Source: Candidatus Delongbacteria bacterium (GTDB lineage Bacteria; CAIWAD01). Taken from it: 64,000 nt of DNA. Each line of letters starts with the position of its first letter. Position 1 is the first letter of the stretch. The notes below the pieces were generated by a model. It saw only the letters and a program-made list of their open reading frames with translations, was not told where the DNA came from and made no database searches. The DNA lies in NCBI GenBank assembly GCA_963663545.1, contig OY760505.1, positions 2,656,001 through 2,720,000 on the forward strand. The letters are read 5' to 3'. Position numbers and translations under genes: made by a program. Below are positions 50,971 to 62,600 of the stretch, one piece after another.

Positions 50971-52212
50971 ATGATAATGAAGAAGATTGAGCATTACCAA
51001 CAAAAGAGTATATTGATATATGATGATCAGTTTTTTCGCGGGAAAGATGGTGTTCATTATTCTAATGAAGCACACATTGTTTTTATGTTGAAGTATCGTC
51101 ACTATTTTAAGCAATTAGGGTTGATTTCGCGGTATCGGAAAGAGCCGTGTACTGGTCCGTATCGCATCCCATCGGAAGTCTGTGTGCATAAGCTTCCACA
51201 TTATGAATCCGTAATAGATCTTATGTTCCGTTTGCCATTGCTCCTGCCTCGTATATATCTAATCGTGCGCAATGTGTTGCCAAAGTACGATTATTTCATG
51301 TGCTCGTGGCCAACACCTGTTTCGCTATTAATGCTTGTTCTGCATCATTATTTGCCTGGAAAAACTAAGCGTCAATCCATGATTCTTGTGCGTCAGAACA
51401 TGAATAAGCTAGTTGAGCTTAGATATACCGGGTGGAGGCGCACACTTGGTTTGCTTTTGTGTCGTTTTCTTGATCGGCAGTTCCACCGCTACGGAAAGAG
51501 TGCCATAGTCTTCCCAGTAGGTGCGGAAATGTACGCGCATTACAGCAAGCTACATAATCACACGATTTTGATGACTCTTCCGCTGGTTTCTCGAGCCGAT
51601 ATTCCGGATGAGATTAAGCTGAAGCCAATTGATATCAAGGGAAGGATAAAGCTCCTTTTCGTCGGCCGACTTGACAAGGAGAAGGCCTTGGATATCATGT
51701 TACATGCTTTGAAGATTCTTGTTACTCATTTTCCAGAAGTGGAATTGGACTTGGTTGGGGAAGGCACAGAGGAAAGCGAGTTACGCCAACTAGCTACAGA
51801 ATTGGGAATAGAGGAGCGAGTTCATTTTCTAGGATATGTCGGTTTTGGTCAAGAGCTTTACGATCTGTATAGACAGGCAGATGTATTTGTTATATCATCA
51901 CTTAGTGAAGGCTTCCCCAAAGTGATTGTTGAGGCAATGGTGATGGGTACCCCCGTTGTTGCGACTGAGGTCGGAGGGATTCCCAATGTCATCCATCATG
52001 GGGAAAATGGCTGGCTTGTTGCGCCGGGATCCCCGGAATGTCTAGCTGCTGGTGTGCAGCAGGTGTTGGAGGATCCGCAACTCTATGCATCTTTACGGCG
52101 TCAGGCAGCGGAAGAGAGTGAGTACTACACATGCGAGAACCAGATTGAGCGTATGCTGCAGTACATGAATGAGTGCCACGCTGACCCAGAGACACGCCCT
52201 CGTGAACGCTAA
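50971..52212 (+). CDS. Glycosyltransferase GT4
   Basis: LFVGRLDKEK, SEGFPKVIVEAM, VATEVGG. Confidence 0.9.
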   Translation: MIMKKIEHYQQKSILIYDDQFFRGKDGVHYSNEAHIVFMLKYRHYFKQLGLISRYRKEPCTGPYRIPSEVCVHKLPHYESVIDLMFRLPLLLPRIYLIVRNVLPKYDYFMCSWPTPVSLLMLVLHHYLPGKTKRQSMILVRQNMNKLVELRYTGWRRTLGLLLCRFLDRQFHRYGKSAIVFPVGAEMYAHYSKLHNHTILMTLPLVSRADIPDEIKLKPIDIKGRIKLLFVGRLDKEKALDIMLHALKILVTHFPEVELDLVGEGTEESELRQLATELGIEERVHFLGYVGFGQELYDLYRQADVFVISSLSEGFPKVIVEAMVMGTPVVATEVGGIPNVIHHGENGWLVAPGSPECLAAGVQQVLEDPQLYASLRRQAAEESEYYTCENQIERMLQYMNECHADPETRPRER

Positions 52213-52293
52213 ATTAATGCGCAGTATTTACGATAGACAGAAGCGAGTAGGCCTTGTATACAGGAGTGATACATCCGTGGATGCGAAAGTGGT

Positions 52294-53415
52294 ATGAGAA
52301 TCCTGATCGTGAATTTGTATGGTGTGGCCCTGTATTGCGCTGATCATTCTCAAGTGCATGGAGGCGCTGAAGTTGATGCCTGGATGATCGGCAAAATGGC
52401 ACATGAAGCTGGCCACGAAGTTCATGTTTTAGTTGACCATTGTCAGTGCAAGACTCCTAGCGAAGTTGAGGATGGATTTCACTTACATTCTTTGGTGCGA
52501 GAGACTGCTGTTGACACTTCCATGCCCCTTCGACTTCTCGCTTTCTGGAAAGCACTGCATAGAATTCGACCTGATTGCTGCCTGATCAAGCTGATCTCAC
52601 CCTATTCAGCCACTCTTGCTGCCTACTGTCGCCTACACCATACCGGGATGATATATAGAGCCGGCAACCTGCGAGATCAGCGTTTGGCAGAAGGGGATCG
52701 CTCGTACGGTTGGAAGGAGGCCTTGTACTTCAGACTGACCCTGTCTGGACTCGGTGTATACTTAGCACAGACTGCGGAGCAGTGTGAGGCAATCCGCACT
52801 TATCATCCCTGCGTGAAGCATTGCTACAGGCAGGTTACTACTCACACCGCCAAGGAAGGGCAGCCTTTGAGCTTCGTGGATCGGAAGCACGTTTTATGGG
52901 TGGGGCATTTGAGTCAAGTGAAGCGACCGGACCGTTTGCTGGAGCTTGCCCGGCTACTCCCCGATCGGGACTTTGTAATGATTGCTTCTACTCGCCAAGG
53001 CAGTGAAGTACAGGGCATACGAGCGCAGATCGAGACGCAATCCAATGTGCGTTTGATTGAGAATGTACCCTTGCGCGATATCCAGACTTGGTTTGATAGA
53101 GCCATCCTTTTCGTGAATACAAGCGATAGTGAAGGCTTCCCCAATACCTTTATACAGGCGTCAATGGCGGGCACACCATTGGCAAGCCTTCGGGTGGATC
53201 CAGAGGGTGTTGTCTCGCGAAGCGGAGGTGGATTGTTGGAACCCGATGCGAGAACTCTTGCACAACAGATCGAGGAGTTGCATAAAAGTCCGGATAGGTG
53301 GTGCAGCATGAGTACGGCAGTTCAGGTTGCCATGCAGTCCTATTATGATTGGCCAGCTGCCTGTCAGGCATATGAGAAGTATTTCCGTATTGCAAGTGGA
53401 GATTTACATGTGTGA
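52294..53415 (+). CDS. Glycosyltransferase GT4
   Basis: GGAE, LWVG..KRP, SEGFPNTFIQA. Confidence 0.88.
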   Translation: MRILIVNLYGVALYCADHSQVHGGAEVDAWMIGKMAHEAGHEVHVLVDHCQCKTPSEVEDGFHLHSLVRETAVDTSMPLRLLAFWKALHRIRPDCCLIKLISPYSATLAAYCRLHHTGMIYRAGNLRDQRLAEGDRSYGWKEALYFRLTLSGLGVYLAQTAEQCEAIRTYHPCVKHCYRQVTTHTAKEGQPLSFVDRKHVLWVGHLSQVKRPDRLLELARLLPDRDFVMIASTRQGSEVQGIRAQIETQSNVRLIENVPLRDIQTWFDRAILFVNTSDSEGFPNTFIQASMAGTPLASLRVDPEGVVSRSGGGLLEPDARTLAQQIEELHKSPDRWCSMSTAVQVAMQSYYDWPAACQAYEKYFRIASGDLHV

Positions 53416-53547
53416 CCTATCGATTCTTCTCTTCAGATCGATATGGGCTTTTGCTGAAAGTACCCGAGGTCAATCAAAGTGCAAGCACGAGTCTGAGCCG
53501 ATGTCTTCGTGGGCGCAGACTAAGGCTCGAAATGTGGAACGGTCGCG

Positions 53548-55065
53548 ATGACAGCTGCGCAATCATTGGCTCCGCGCGAGATCTTTTACGATAGTGAAGG
53601 ACGGAGTTCCTTTACATTCATGGAGCTTGCTTCTACACTTTCTAGCCCCTCATTGGACGCAGCTGCCATACTAGGTGTACTATCGCAGACGGCGCCTACC
53701 GGCACAAGGACATTGCTGCAGGAGGTTCACCGTCAGCAATGGTTGCATGATGTCGAAAGTGGCACGCGCTTCTCTCTTCCTGCACATTCTCGAAACTGGA
53801 CGACGCCGCAATCCATGGCTGCTTCCATGTTGAAACTGCTACGCCGCGAAGCTTTAGCGGCGGTTGCCGGAGCGAGTGAAATCTATGTGCTGACTTCTGG
53901 TGGTCTTGATAGCCGTGTCGTTGTTGCTGTACTGGCGAGCCTCTACAGGGAAGGGCAGCTTCCTGTCAAGCCGCGTTGCGTTACGTGGGGTAGTAGCGAT
54001 TCCCGCGATGTGATTTACGCGCAAGAAGTCGCTAGAGTAGCCGGGTTTGACTGGGAACACATTCCGCTGCACGAACAAACGATACTAGACAATCTTACTC
54101 ACTCCGTTGAATACTTGGGTTTGCTTTCACCACCAAATCATCTTCACGGAATGCTCTGGTTTGAGCGCTTACCCAGGGATGCCGTTGTCCTTGCCGGCAG
54201 TTATGGAGATTCCATCGGTCGCGGGGAGTACAGTGGCCGCCATCTGCTGGAGCTGGAATCGATGACGGCCAACAATGTGCTTCACTTGCTATCCGCGGAT
54301 GGCTTGGCTACCGGTAGAGCAGGGATCCGATCGGATTTGGAGGCGCTACGTCAGCTGGCGGGCGATCGGCCTGCTTATGCCCATTTCGAGATCCAGCAAC
54401 AGGGCTTCTACATGCGTAATATGATCGCCCATTGCATGGGCGTGATATCGCGCTACTGCCGGCTGTACCAGATGTTCACTTCTCCGGAAATCTGGGAGTA
54501 TGTTTGGTCACTGCATCCAGCAGTTCGTGACGATCGCATGTATCGGCATCTGTTGGTCACATTGAACCCGGAGATTGCCTCAATTCCTTGGGCTCGAACA
54601 AACAAGTCGCTGGTACGTAGCCAAGCGTCAGGCAACAAGGACGCACGCCGCATTTTCCATAACTTCTATCCGCGAATTGCGCAGTATTTGCGCGAAGGAT
54701 ACCTGGATTTTTTGGATCCCGGGTGGTTCCAGCAGACCGGCATCTTCAATGGTCAAGTCGTGAGAGCCCTGGGAGAGGCCGTAGCTCGCGAGGACGCTGC
54801 TTTGATGTCCACTCGAATGAGAACCTATGGTATTGCATGGTGGTTGGTTGGCCTGAGAGTTCTTTGCGATCGTGTTCAACCCCTTAGTGTTGATGAGAAT
54901 GGGGCTGGAGGAGTTGGCTCTCAGGAGGCGACACCTAAAGACTCGGGTGGATTACGCGACTGGCTTGGCCAGCATCCGGCGCTTCATCGTTGCGTCAAGC
55001 GCGGGAGGAAAAAATTGTTAACCGCACTCTCCCTTGTGCAATACCCGCCCACTTTTATACACTAG
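53548..55065 (+). CDS. Asparagine synthetase-related protein (synthetase domain, truncated N-domain)
   Basis: PP-loop TSGGLDSR, TWGSSDSRDV, GSYGD. Confidence 0.75.
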   Translation: MTAAQSLAPREIFYDSEGRSSFTFMELASTLSSPSLDAAAILGVLSQTAPTGTRTLLQEVHRQQWLHDVESGTRFSLPAHSRNWTTPQSMAASMLKLLRREALAAVAGASEIYVLTSGGLDSRVVVAVLASLYREGQLPVKPRCVTWGSSDSRDVIYAQEVARVAGFDWEHIPLHEQTILDNLTHSVEYLGLLSPPNHLHGMLWFERLPRDAVVLAGSYGDSIGRGEYSGRHLLELESMTANNVLHLLSADGLATGRAGIRSDLEALRQLAGDRPAYAHFEIQQQGFYMRNMIAHCMGVISRYCRLYQMFTSPEIWEYVWSLHPAVRDDRMYRHLLVTLNPEIASIPWARTNKSLVRSQASGNKDARRIFHNFYPRIAQYLREGYLDFLDPGWFQQTGIFNGQVVRALGEAVAREDAALMSTRMRTYGIAWWLVGLRVLCDRVQPLSVDENGAGGVGSQEATPKDSGGLRDWLGQHPALHRCVKRGRKKLLTALSLVQYPPTFIH

Positions 55066-55075
55066 GTCAAGCATC

Positions 55076-56776
55076 ATGGCAAAGATCCTGTTTGTTCATT
55101 CAAGGCGAAGCGAGCTAATTCCGGAACTGCGCCAGCGCTTGGCCGGAGTCCGGGACCTTTTGAATGAAGGCTTCGACTTGGATCCATGCGAGCACCTTGC
55201 GGAAGGGGCTGACTCGTTTTTGTACACCTTCCGCAATAGTGTCGCAGTCCAGCGCGAGGGTACAAGCTGTCTGCTGGGCGTGGTTCGACGAGGCGCAAGG
55301 TGGTCCAAACCCGGTACTACGCTTCCTGATGGATCATACGGAATCGTCCGTGAAGATTCACAAACCGTGGAGCTATGCACAGATACTACGGCTTCACGCA
55401 CGATCTGGTATTACGAAGGCTGCGATATCTTTGTCGCCTCTAGCTCCCAGCTAGCAATTTTGCAGATCATTGGCGGATTCCGGTTCCGTGGACAGATTCG
55501 CACCTGGTTTCTTGCTACAGGTGCGCAGGGTCCGGATGAAGGTTGGGATGAGCGGATTCACAAGCTGCCACCAAGATCGGTTTTGCGCTTTGATAAGGAA
55601 GAGTGGCGCAGTTCATTGCAGTGCCAGTCGATCCACTTCTCGCCTGAGCTCGGTTCGACAGCGGGGATCCAGCACTATCGAAGTTTCCTGGATAGCTCTG
55701 TTGCTGAACTCGATATTCCAATGGATTCATGGGTTCTGCCCTTGTCGGGTGGCTTTGATTCCAGAACCCTGTTGATGCTGTTAAGCTCCAGAAGCAAAGT
55801 GCGCACGATCACATGGGGCACCTCTTCCTCGCTGGAGAATGCCTACAGCGATGCCAGTATTGCCAAACGTGTGGCGCAGCACTTTCAGGTGCCAAACGAA
55901 TTCTTGCTGACAGAATCGGCCACTTTGACTGCAGAGCAGATTGTGGATCGCTTTCTGATTTGTAGCGAAGGCCGCGTTAGCAATGTCTCCATGTACATGG
56001 ATGGCATGCAGTTATGGCAAAACCTGTTTCAGCATGAGTGCTTTGGCATTGTCCGGGGCGACAACTGCGTCGGTTGGCCGCACGTCGGTTCGGGCATAGA
56101 GCTTCGCCTGTGGCTTGATCTTTCATTGTGGGAAGATTATGCAGGCCTACCTGATCTCAGTACGGTCGAATTGCCCTCTCAGCACATGCCCGATGCGCTG
56201 CATAGGCAGCCATCGGAAGGGCTTCAAGCCTGGCGTGATCGTCTTCATCAGGGCTATCGTTTACCTGTGGTGAAAGCTGGCCTGAGCGATGTGAAGCTAA
56301 GCTTCGTTGAGGTCTGCAATCCTTTGCTGGCAAATGAGCTTGTGGAGTCAACTTGGGTTCTATCGGACAAGCTACGAACGGGCAAAATGCTGCTTGACCG
56401 AATTCTTCAGAAGGAAGGCCCGAAGATTCCCTATGCCCGCGATGCTGCCATTGCTTCTTTTGCACAATTGTTACGACAGCCTGAATTGGCCGGGTACCTT
56501 GTGCAGATGCTTGATTCAAGTGCTGTGAGAGATGTCTTTAGCCCCGCCCTGATCCAGGTTGCGCGCAAATCCTTTGACAGAGCTGAGTCTGGTGAAAGTG
56601 CCGCTGACGGGGTTAAAGGGCAAATTGCCAAGCTGCTTCCGCGACGAATCAAGGGTGCACTACGGAAGTCCATCAAACCCGTACTCGATGGGCGATTGCT
56701 TGCGTTAAGAATGGTGCTTTTCAGCCGAATTCATGAGAAAATTGTGCAGAAGGCTACATTGCCATTGGAGGACTAG
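55076..56776 (+). CDS. Asparagine synthetase-related protein
   Basis: Ntn-like N-half (DGSYG, D..ASRTIWY), LPLSGGFDSR, TITWG. No N-terminal Cys. Confidence 0.75.
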   Translation: MAKILFVHSRRSELIPELRQRLAGVRDLLNEGFDLDPCEHLAEGADSFLYTFRNSVAVQREGTSCLLGVVRRGARWSKPGTTLPDGSYGIVREDSQTVELCTDTTASRTIWYYEGCDIFVASSSQLAILQIIGGFRFRGQIRTWFLATGAQGPDEGWDERIHKLPPRSVLRFDKEEWRSSLQCQSIHFSPELGSTAGIQHYRSFLDSSVAELDIPMDSWVLPLSGGFDSRTLLMLLSSRSKVRTITWGTSSSLENAYSDASIAKRVAQHFQVPNEFLLTESATLTAEQIVDRFLICSEGRVSNVSMYMDGMQLWQNLFQHECFGIVRGDNCVGWPHVGSGIELRLWLDLSLWEDYAGLPDLSTVELPSQHMPDALHRQPSEGLQAWRDRLHQGYRLPVVKAGLSDVKLSFVEVCNPLLANELVESTWVLSDKLRTGKMLLDRILQKEGPKIPYARDAAIASFAQLLRQPELAGYLVQMLDSSAVRDVFSPALIQVARKSFDRAESGESAADGVKGQIAKLLPRRIKGALRKSIKPVLDGRLLALRMVLFSRIHEKIVQKATLPLED

Positions 56777-56786
56777 AGACTAGCTC

Positions 56787-57299
56787 TTACTCGCGATACT
56801 TCAGCACTTTAGCCGGTACTCCACCCACGATCGCATTCTCGGGGACATCCTTCGCTACTACTGCACCAGCTGCAATGACAGCACCGCGGTTAATGGTAAC
56901 CCCAGCCAGGATGGTCACACGGGCTCCAATCCAGACATCATCACAGATTGTGACCGGAGCAGGCGTTAGGCCCTGCCCTTGGATCAGTTTACCAGCCGCA
57001 ATGTTATGGTTGGATGTATAAACAATGAGTTGTGGTCCAATTAGAACGTGGTTGCCAATATTGATATCATCATCTTGGGATAGAAAACTGTCTGCGCCGA
57101 TACCTGAATAGTTGCCAATTGAGATTCGGTCACCCTTGCCAAAGCTAATGCGTGGCCTGATGTCGACTCGATTTCCGGTTTTGCGAAAGAGCTTGGCACA
57201 GACAAAAGCGCGAAACCTCGAGGTCGGGAAAGTTGGCGATGAGGTCGCCGGCAGATTACGGGCCAGCCCGTAGTAGATCAGCAGCCAGAAAATGCGCAT
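56787..57299 (-). CDS. Hexapeptide-repeat (LbH) O-acetyltransferase
   Basis: [43 protein letters not shown]. Confidence 0.9.
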   Translation of the reverse strand: MRIFWLLIYYGLARNLPATSSPTFPTSRFRAFVCAKLFRKTGNRVDIRPRISFGKGDRISIGNYSGIGADSFLSQDDDINIGNHVLIGPQLIVYTSNHNIAAGKLIQGQGLTPAPVTICDDVWIGARVTILAGVTINRGAVIAAGAVVAKDVPENAIVGGVPAKVLKYRE

Positions 57300-58378
57300 T
57301 GGTAGAGCTCCTTGTATTCGCGTCCCAAGCGATTGATGTCGATTAGTTCCCGTATTCGACGGCGCCCCTCCTCTGGAAGTGGCGCAAATTCCCGAAGCAT
57401 GGCCTCACGCAGCTTTTCTGGGCTGTGGGAAGGAACAACAAGTCCGTCCTTGCCGTCTCGAACGATTTCTGCGCTCCCGCCCACATCGGTCACAATGGCT
57501 GGCAGATTGGCGATCAGAGCTTCGGCAATGCTATTTGAAAACCCTTCGCTCAAAGAGGCGCTGATGTATAAGTCACTTGCGTGCAGTAAATCTGGGACGT
57601 CCTTGCGCATGCCAGCAAAGACGACGCGGTTTTCAATGCCCGCTGCTTGAACCTGTGCAGTGAAATCCTGGCGTAGTTTGCCATCGCCAACAAGCAGAAG
57701 GTAATCGTTTCCGCGAATCGCGGCCACTTCGGAGAAAGCAGCAATCAGCTCCCGATGACCTTTTACCGGAAAATGCATGTTTCCAACGCTGATAATGACT
57801 CTGGCCGATTCGGGAAGGCCTAACTCTGCACGGACATCAAGTCGGCTGCGATTCGGCAGGAATCGTTCCGGATGAAGCCCGTTGTAAATGGTGTGAGCTT
57901 TCGCTGCGGGAAGTCTAATGGCTTGGGCATACTGCTGCATGGTTTTCTTGGAGTTCGCGATGTATCCGCTTACACTTCGATGAAGCATCCTATGCAGTAT
58001 ACTCTCACTACCTTCTGGCAATTGTGCGTTGCGTATTCCGCAAAACAACTTGGACGGTAATCCCAGGTTGGCCAGCAGACAATAGTTGTTTGCAGCTAGA
58101 AAGGCTTGAATCACATCGGGTTGGGCTCTGCGTATTTCCCGCCTGATTTTCGGGACTACCTTGAGTCCGGTAATCACTTCATCGTAGCAGCAGCGCAGGG
58201 GAATACCCATCTGACGAATCGAATCGTAATGCCCCAATAAATTCATGCTTCTTTCAGAGTAAAGACAAAGCACTTCCTGCTCGATACTTGGATCCTTCCG
58301 CAGAACGCGCACCAGTTCCGTCAATTGATACTCGGCACCACCCTGAAAGAGATTTGGTATTACGTGTAAAATTTTCAT
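57278..58378 (-). CDS. Glycosyltransferase GT4
   Basis: [27 protein letters not shown]. Confidence 0.9.
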   Translation of the reverse strand: MKILHVIPNLFQGGAEYQLTELVRVLRKDPSIEQEVLCLYSERSMNLLGHYDSIRQMGIPLRCCYDEVITGLKVVPKIRREIRRAQPDVIQAFLAANNYCLLANLGLPSKLFCGIRNAQLPEGSESILHRMLHRSVSGYIANSKKTMQQYAQAIRLPAAKAHTIYNGLHPERFLPNRSRLDVRAELGLPESARVIISVGNMHFPVKGHRELIAAFSEVAAIRGNDYLLLVGDGKLRQDFTAQVQAAGIENRVVFAGMRKDVPDLLHASDLYISASLSEGFSNSIAEALIANLPAIVTDVGGSAEIVRDGKDGLVVPSHSPEKLREAMLREFAPLPEEGRRRIRELIDINRLGREYKELYQCAFSGC

Positions 58379-58382
58379 AGTG

Positions 58383-59420
58383 TTACCTGGTTAATCCGCT
58401 CGCCGCGCGGCCTGATTCCTGCGCCGATTTACGTCTGAGCAAAAAGTGCCAGACGCCGGCCCAGTACCCTACGCCGTAGGCAAGATGATAGCAACAGATG
58501 ATTCCAGGCATGTAGCGCAAGACCTTGCCGCCAGCTTTTCCTGCTGCAGAAATCGATGCGTAAACCACCAGCAGCATGTAGAGCAAGGCAATAGCACTCC
58601 ACGCAATCAGCGGCAAGTGTACTCCGAATACTGCGCAAATCATGGCAGGAAGAAGCGACAGTACAAAGAGCACGAAAAGCCCGGGCACGAGGTGACGTAG
58701 TTTGGCCGGCTGATTGTGTTTCATCATTACCGGGACTTTCCAGAAGCCGTACTGGAAATACTGGCGCCATAGGCTTCGATAATCACTCCGGGGGTAATAC
58801 CAGAATTTTATGTTCGGATTTTGCCAGACCTTCCCGCCTGATTTCAGTATGCGCAAATTCAGCTCGTCATCTTCGTTGCGGATGAAATCCTCGTCATACC
58901 CACCCAACTCGATCAGCTTCTCGCGCTCCCAGCAGCCGAGGTAGAGGTTGTCAACGTAGCCCTCGACATCCAGCAAATGACACGCCGCGCCACCGATGGT
59001 GAAGGGGTGATGAAAAGCCGCCGAATTGGCTTGCTGAAAAGCTGTGCGCCATTTTGTTCTCGTTGGTCCGCCCACATTGGTGGCGCCGGTTCGTGCCAGA
59101 GTTTCCATTGCAATTCGAACATAATCAGGATCGTATTCGGTGTGTACATCCATGCGCACCAACACCTCACCGTGGGCAGCATGCATGCCAATGTTCATGG
59201 CTGCGGCTTGAATTCGTGCGGGGTTGTCCAGCAACTTGACCCTTGGATCCTGCTGCGTGTAGGAGAGAATGAGATCGCGAGTACCATCTGAACTCATTCC
59301 ATCGAGAACCAGGATTTCGCTCTCTGCGTCCAGCGCTGTCTGCTTCGAGATCGTCTCAAGGCAGGGGAGAATGTAGTCGCGTTCGTTGAGACACGGTATC
59401 ACAATGGAGACGGTTGGCAT
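58383..59420 (-). CDS. Glycosyltransferase GT2 (ExoA-like)
   Basis: VSIVIPCLNE, DGMSSDGT, RMDVH, RNEDDELN, QYFQYG. Confidence 0.9.
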   Translation of the reverse strand: MPTVSIVIPCLNERDYILPCLETISKQTALDAESEILVLDGMSSDGTRDLILSYTQQDPRVKLLDNPARIQAAAMNIGMHAAHGEVLVRMDVHTEYDPDYVRIAMETLARTGATNVGGPTRTKWRTAFQQANSAAFHHPFTIGGAACHLLDVEGYVDNLYLGCWEREKLIELGGYDEDFIRNEDDELNLRILKSGGKVWQNPNIKFWYYPRSDYRSLWRQYFQYGFWKVPVMMKHNQPAKLRHLVPGLFVLFVLSLLPAMICAVFGVHLPLIAWSAIALLYMLLVVYASISAAGKAGGKVLRYMPGIICCYHLAYGVGYWAGVWHFLLRRKSAQESGRAASGLTR

Positions 59421-59605
59421 GCCGCATTCCTTTTGGTCTGGTTAGCGCGCGAGGCTCAGGGGCACAATGCTCTGTTTCCCGTGCCGATCTTCAATCCTGA
59501 AAATAATGTCGGAATATTCGCTTTGCATCTGGAATAGTTTGTGAAGAAATGCGATAAAGTGCCCCTAATGGTTTTCTAACAACTCAACCGGAGGGGTTCT
59601 CAACA

Positions 59606-62600
59606 ATGCGTACTCTTTACACAGTTGTTTTACTGGCAACCCTGACGCCTATGCTCGCAGTTGCCCAGACGCCCGTTGTGAACGAGATCCTCGCCGACAA
59701 TGAGACGATTCTTGCTGACGACGCTGGTGAGTATGACGATTGGATTGAAATCTACAACCCTGGTTCTTCAGAGCTTCAGCTCGCTGGCATGTACTTCAGC
59801 GATGATTTCACAGATCCACAGAAATTCCATCTACTGCCTTCGGATAGCAGTCAGACCTTGGTTGCACCCCATGGCTTTCTTGTGTTGTGGTGCGACGGTG
59901 ATCCAGAGCAAGGTCCGCGTCATCTCGATTTCTCTCTTGGGGCTTCAGGCGAGGAGATTCTGATCACGGCTGCCGATGGAAGTACTTTGTTGGAGCACAT
60001 CGAGTTTGGCCAACAGCAGGAGGACATCAGCATTGGCCGAGTGCCGGATGGTAGTTCTTCTATTGTGTCCTTGACCGAGCCCAGTCCTGGAGCCAGCAAT
60101 GGCGGCGGAGTTCTTGGGATTCAAATCAACGAGTTCTTGTGCTCCAACGATTCCCTGCTGATGACGTCCGATGGCGAAGATTATGATTGGATCGAGCTTT
60201 ACAATCCGCTGAGTACCTCGCTAGACGGCAGCGAATTCTACCTGAGCGATGATCCCGCACAGCCACTCATGTGGCAGATGCCTGCGGTTAGTATTCCCGC
60301 CGGGCAATTCTTCCTCGTTTGGGCTTCCGGGTTGAATTCTCGCGATCCGGAAGAAGCACATACGAATTTCAAGCTTTCCTCTGACTCAGGTTTCATTGGC
60401 ATTTACAATGCGCTTGGTGAAATGCAGGATTGCGTCAGTTATGACGAACAACGCTGCAATATCAGTTATGGAAGGCCTTCGGGAACGCCACAGGAGTGGG
60501 CTTATTTCGATGTGGTCACGCCCTTGCTCGAGAATCCGACACAAGGGTATGCGGGCTTCACGCCCAACCCGGGAATTGCGCTGCCCTCTGGTTTTTACAG
60601 CGGTAGTGTTCAGGTCGCATTGCAGTCAAACGGTGGCTCCGTTTATTGGACAACGGATGGATCGGTACCGGACGCGCAGGATGACGCTTACGCATCACCG
60701 CTTACACTGAATGAATCGACAGTTGTTCGGGCTCGTGCTTTCCAAAGCGGTCTGCTTCCCAGTCGCACGGTAACGTGTAGTTATCTACTTGGTTTTGAAA
60801 CAGATTTGCCAGTGGTTTCGCTGTCCATGGACCCCGTAGACCTCTGGAGTGATAGTACTGGTATTTACGTCTTAGGGCCGAATGCAGAAGACACTGTTCC
60901 GTACTTCGGTGCAAACTTCTGGCAGGATTGGGAGAAAGCCGGGCACTTCGAGTACTTCGTGAATGAAAACCGCGTAGCCGATGTTGACCTGGGTGTAAAA
61001 ATCGCTGGCAACTGGTCGCGCTACATGCCCCAGAAATCCATGAACCTTCATTGCCGGTCGCGTTATGGGGGTGAGGACATTGAGTACCCGATTTTCCCCG
61101 ATAGTCAGGTAAATGTGTTTTCTCACATCAAGTTGCGGTCTTCCAGTCAGGATTATAATCGCTCGAAGATTCTGGATGCTTACGCTCAAGGCTTGGCCAA
61201 GGAGCTGGATCTCGAAGACCAATCCTACCAGCCCTGCGTAATGTTTCTGAATGGCCAGTACTGGGGAATCATGAATATCCGCGACAAGGTCGGCGGTGAT
61301 TACCTGGCCTACCGGCAAGGTGTGGATCCGGATCGCGTAGACATTCTGGATAACACTGGAACTCTGATCAATATTGTGGAAGGCAATAATGCCGCATTTC
61401 AGCACCTGCTAAACTACTTAGAAAACCATAGTTTAGTAGATCTATCCGCTTATCAGTACGTCGAAAGTTGCGTGGATATAGACGAGTATATTGATTACCT
61501 GATTGTCGAGATTTTCTCTGCGAACTGGGATTGGCCTGGTAACAACCATCGTTTCTGGCGGAGTCAGGATGGAGGTCGCTGGCGCTGGATCCTGTTTGAC
61601 GTTGATGCCGGATTCTTTCCTTCTATGCTGGAAGAAAACATGTTGAATCACCTCATGGGTGAAGACGAAGGACCGTACAACCCACCGGCTACAACGCTTT
61701 TGTTCCGTCGACTGGTTGAGAATCAGGAGTTTTGCTCGAAGTTTATTCACAGGTGCTCAGATATTCTTGAAACGTGTTATGAACCAGGTTACGCGGACTC
61801 TCTGCTGGACGCCTACGCCGACCGGATTGAAAGTGAAATTCCACGACACCTGGAGCGCTGGGATAGCAGTGGCCGAGATTGGGCTGGGTACGTTGAGAGT
61901 TTGCGGACGTTTACACATCAGCGTGTACCTATCTTACAACAGCAGTTTGTGGAGTTCTTTGAGCTCGAAGGCCTGAGCTCGCTTACACTCAGTTGCGAAC
62001 CTGCGACCGGTGGCTGGTTCGAAATCAATCAGATGACTCCCGTTGATGGTTCGTGGTCCGGTACGCTCTTCGCTGGTATTACAAATCGGATTAAAGCCGT
62101 GCCACATACGGGATTCAGGTTTGTTGCTTGGAGTGATGGAGAAGTCCATGAGGAAAGGGTTCTCGATCTAGATCCAGGAGTAACGGATCTGGTAGCCATT
62201 TTCGAGTCGCTGCAGACTCCACATTTCATGTCAGAGGGTGTCTACTTCGGAAATGGTTTGGCTGGAGATAGTCTTGTTGCCCTTGTGACGGTGAGTCTGG
62301 AGGGTACTACCAGTGACACGCTCGCTCTCGTGACACCAAGCTGGATTCATGCCCAGCCGGACCACTTCACCTTGTTGGAGGGTGGAGAGCAGGAAGTAAC
62401 ACTGACAGCGGCGATCACCAGTGCAGAGGCTCAATTGGATGATCTGCTGCTTAGCACCTCCTCGGGTGGGAGCGCAAGTTGCTGGGTCGCGGCAAATGTG
62501 CTACCAATTGTTACCGAATTTAAATTCCAGGATACGGCTCAAGAGGTAGCTGGTGACTGGGTTGAACTCTACAATCCGTATGCAACCTCAATACACTTAG

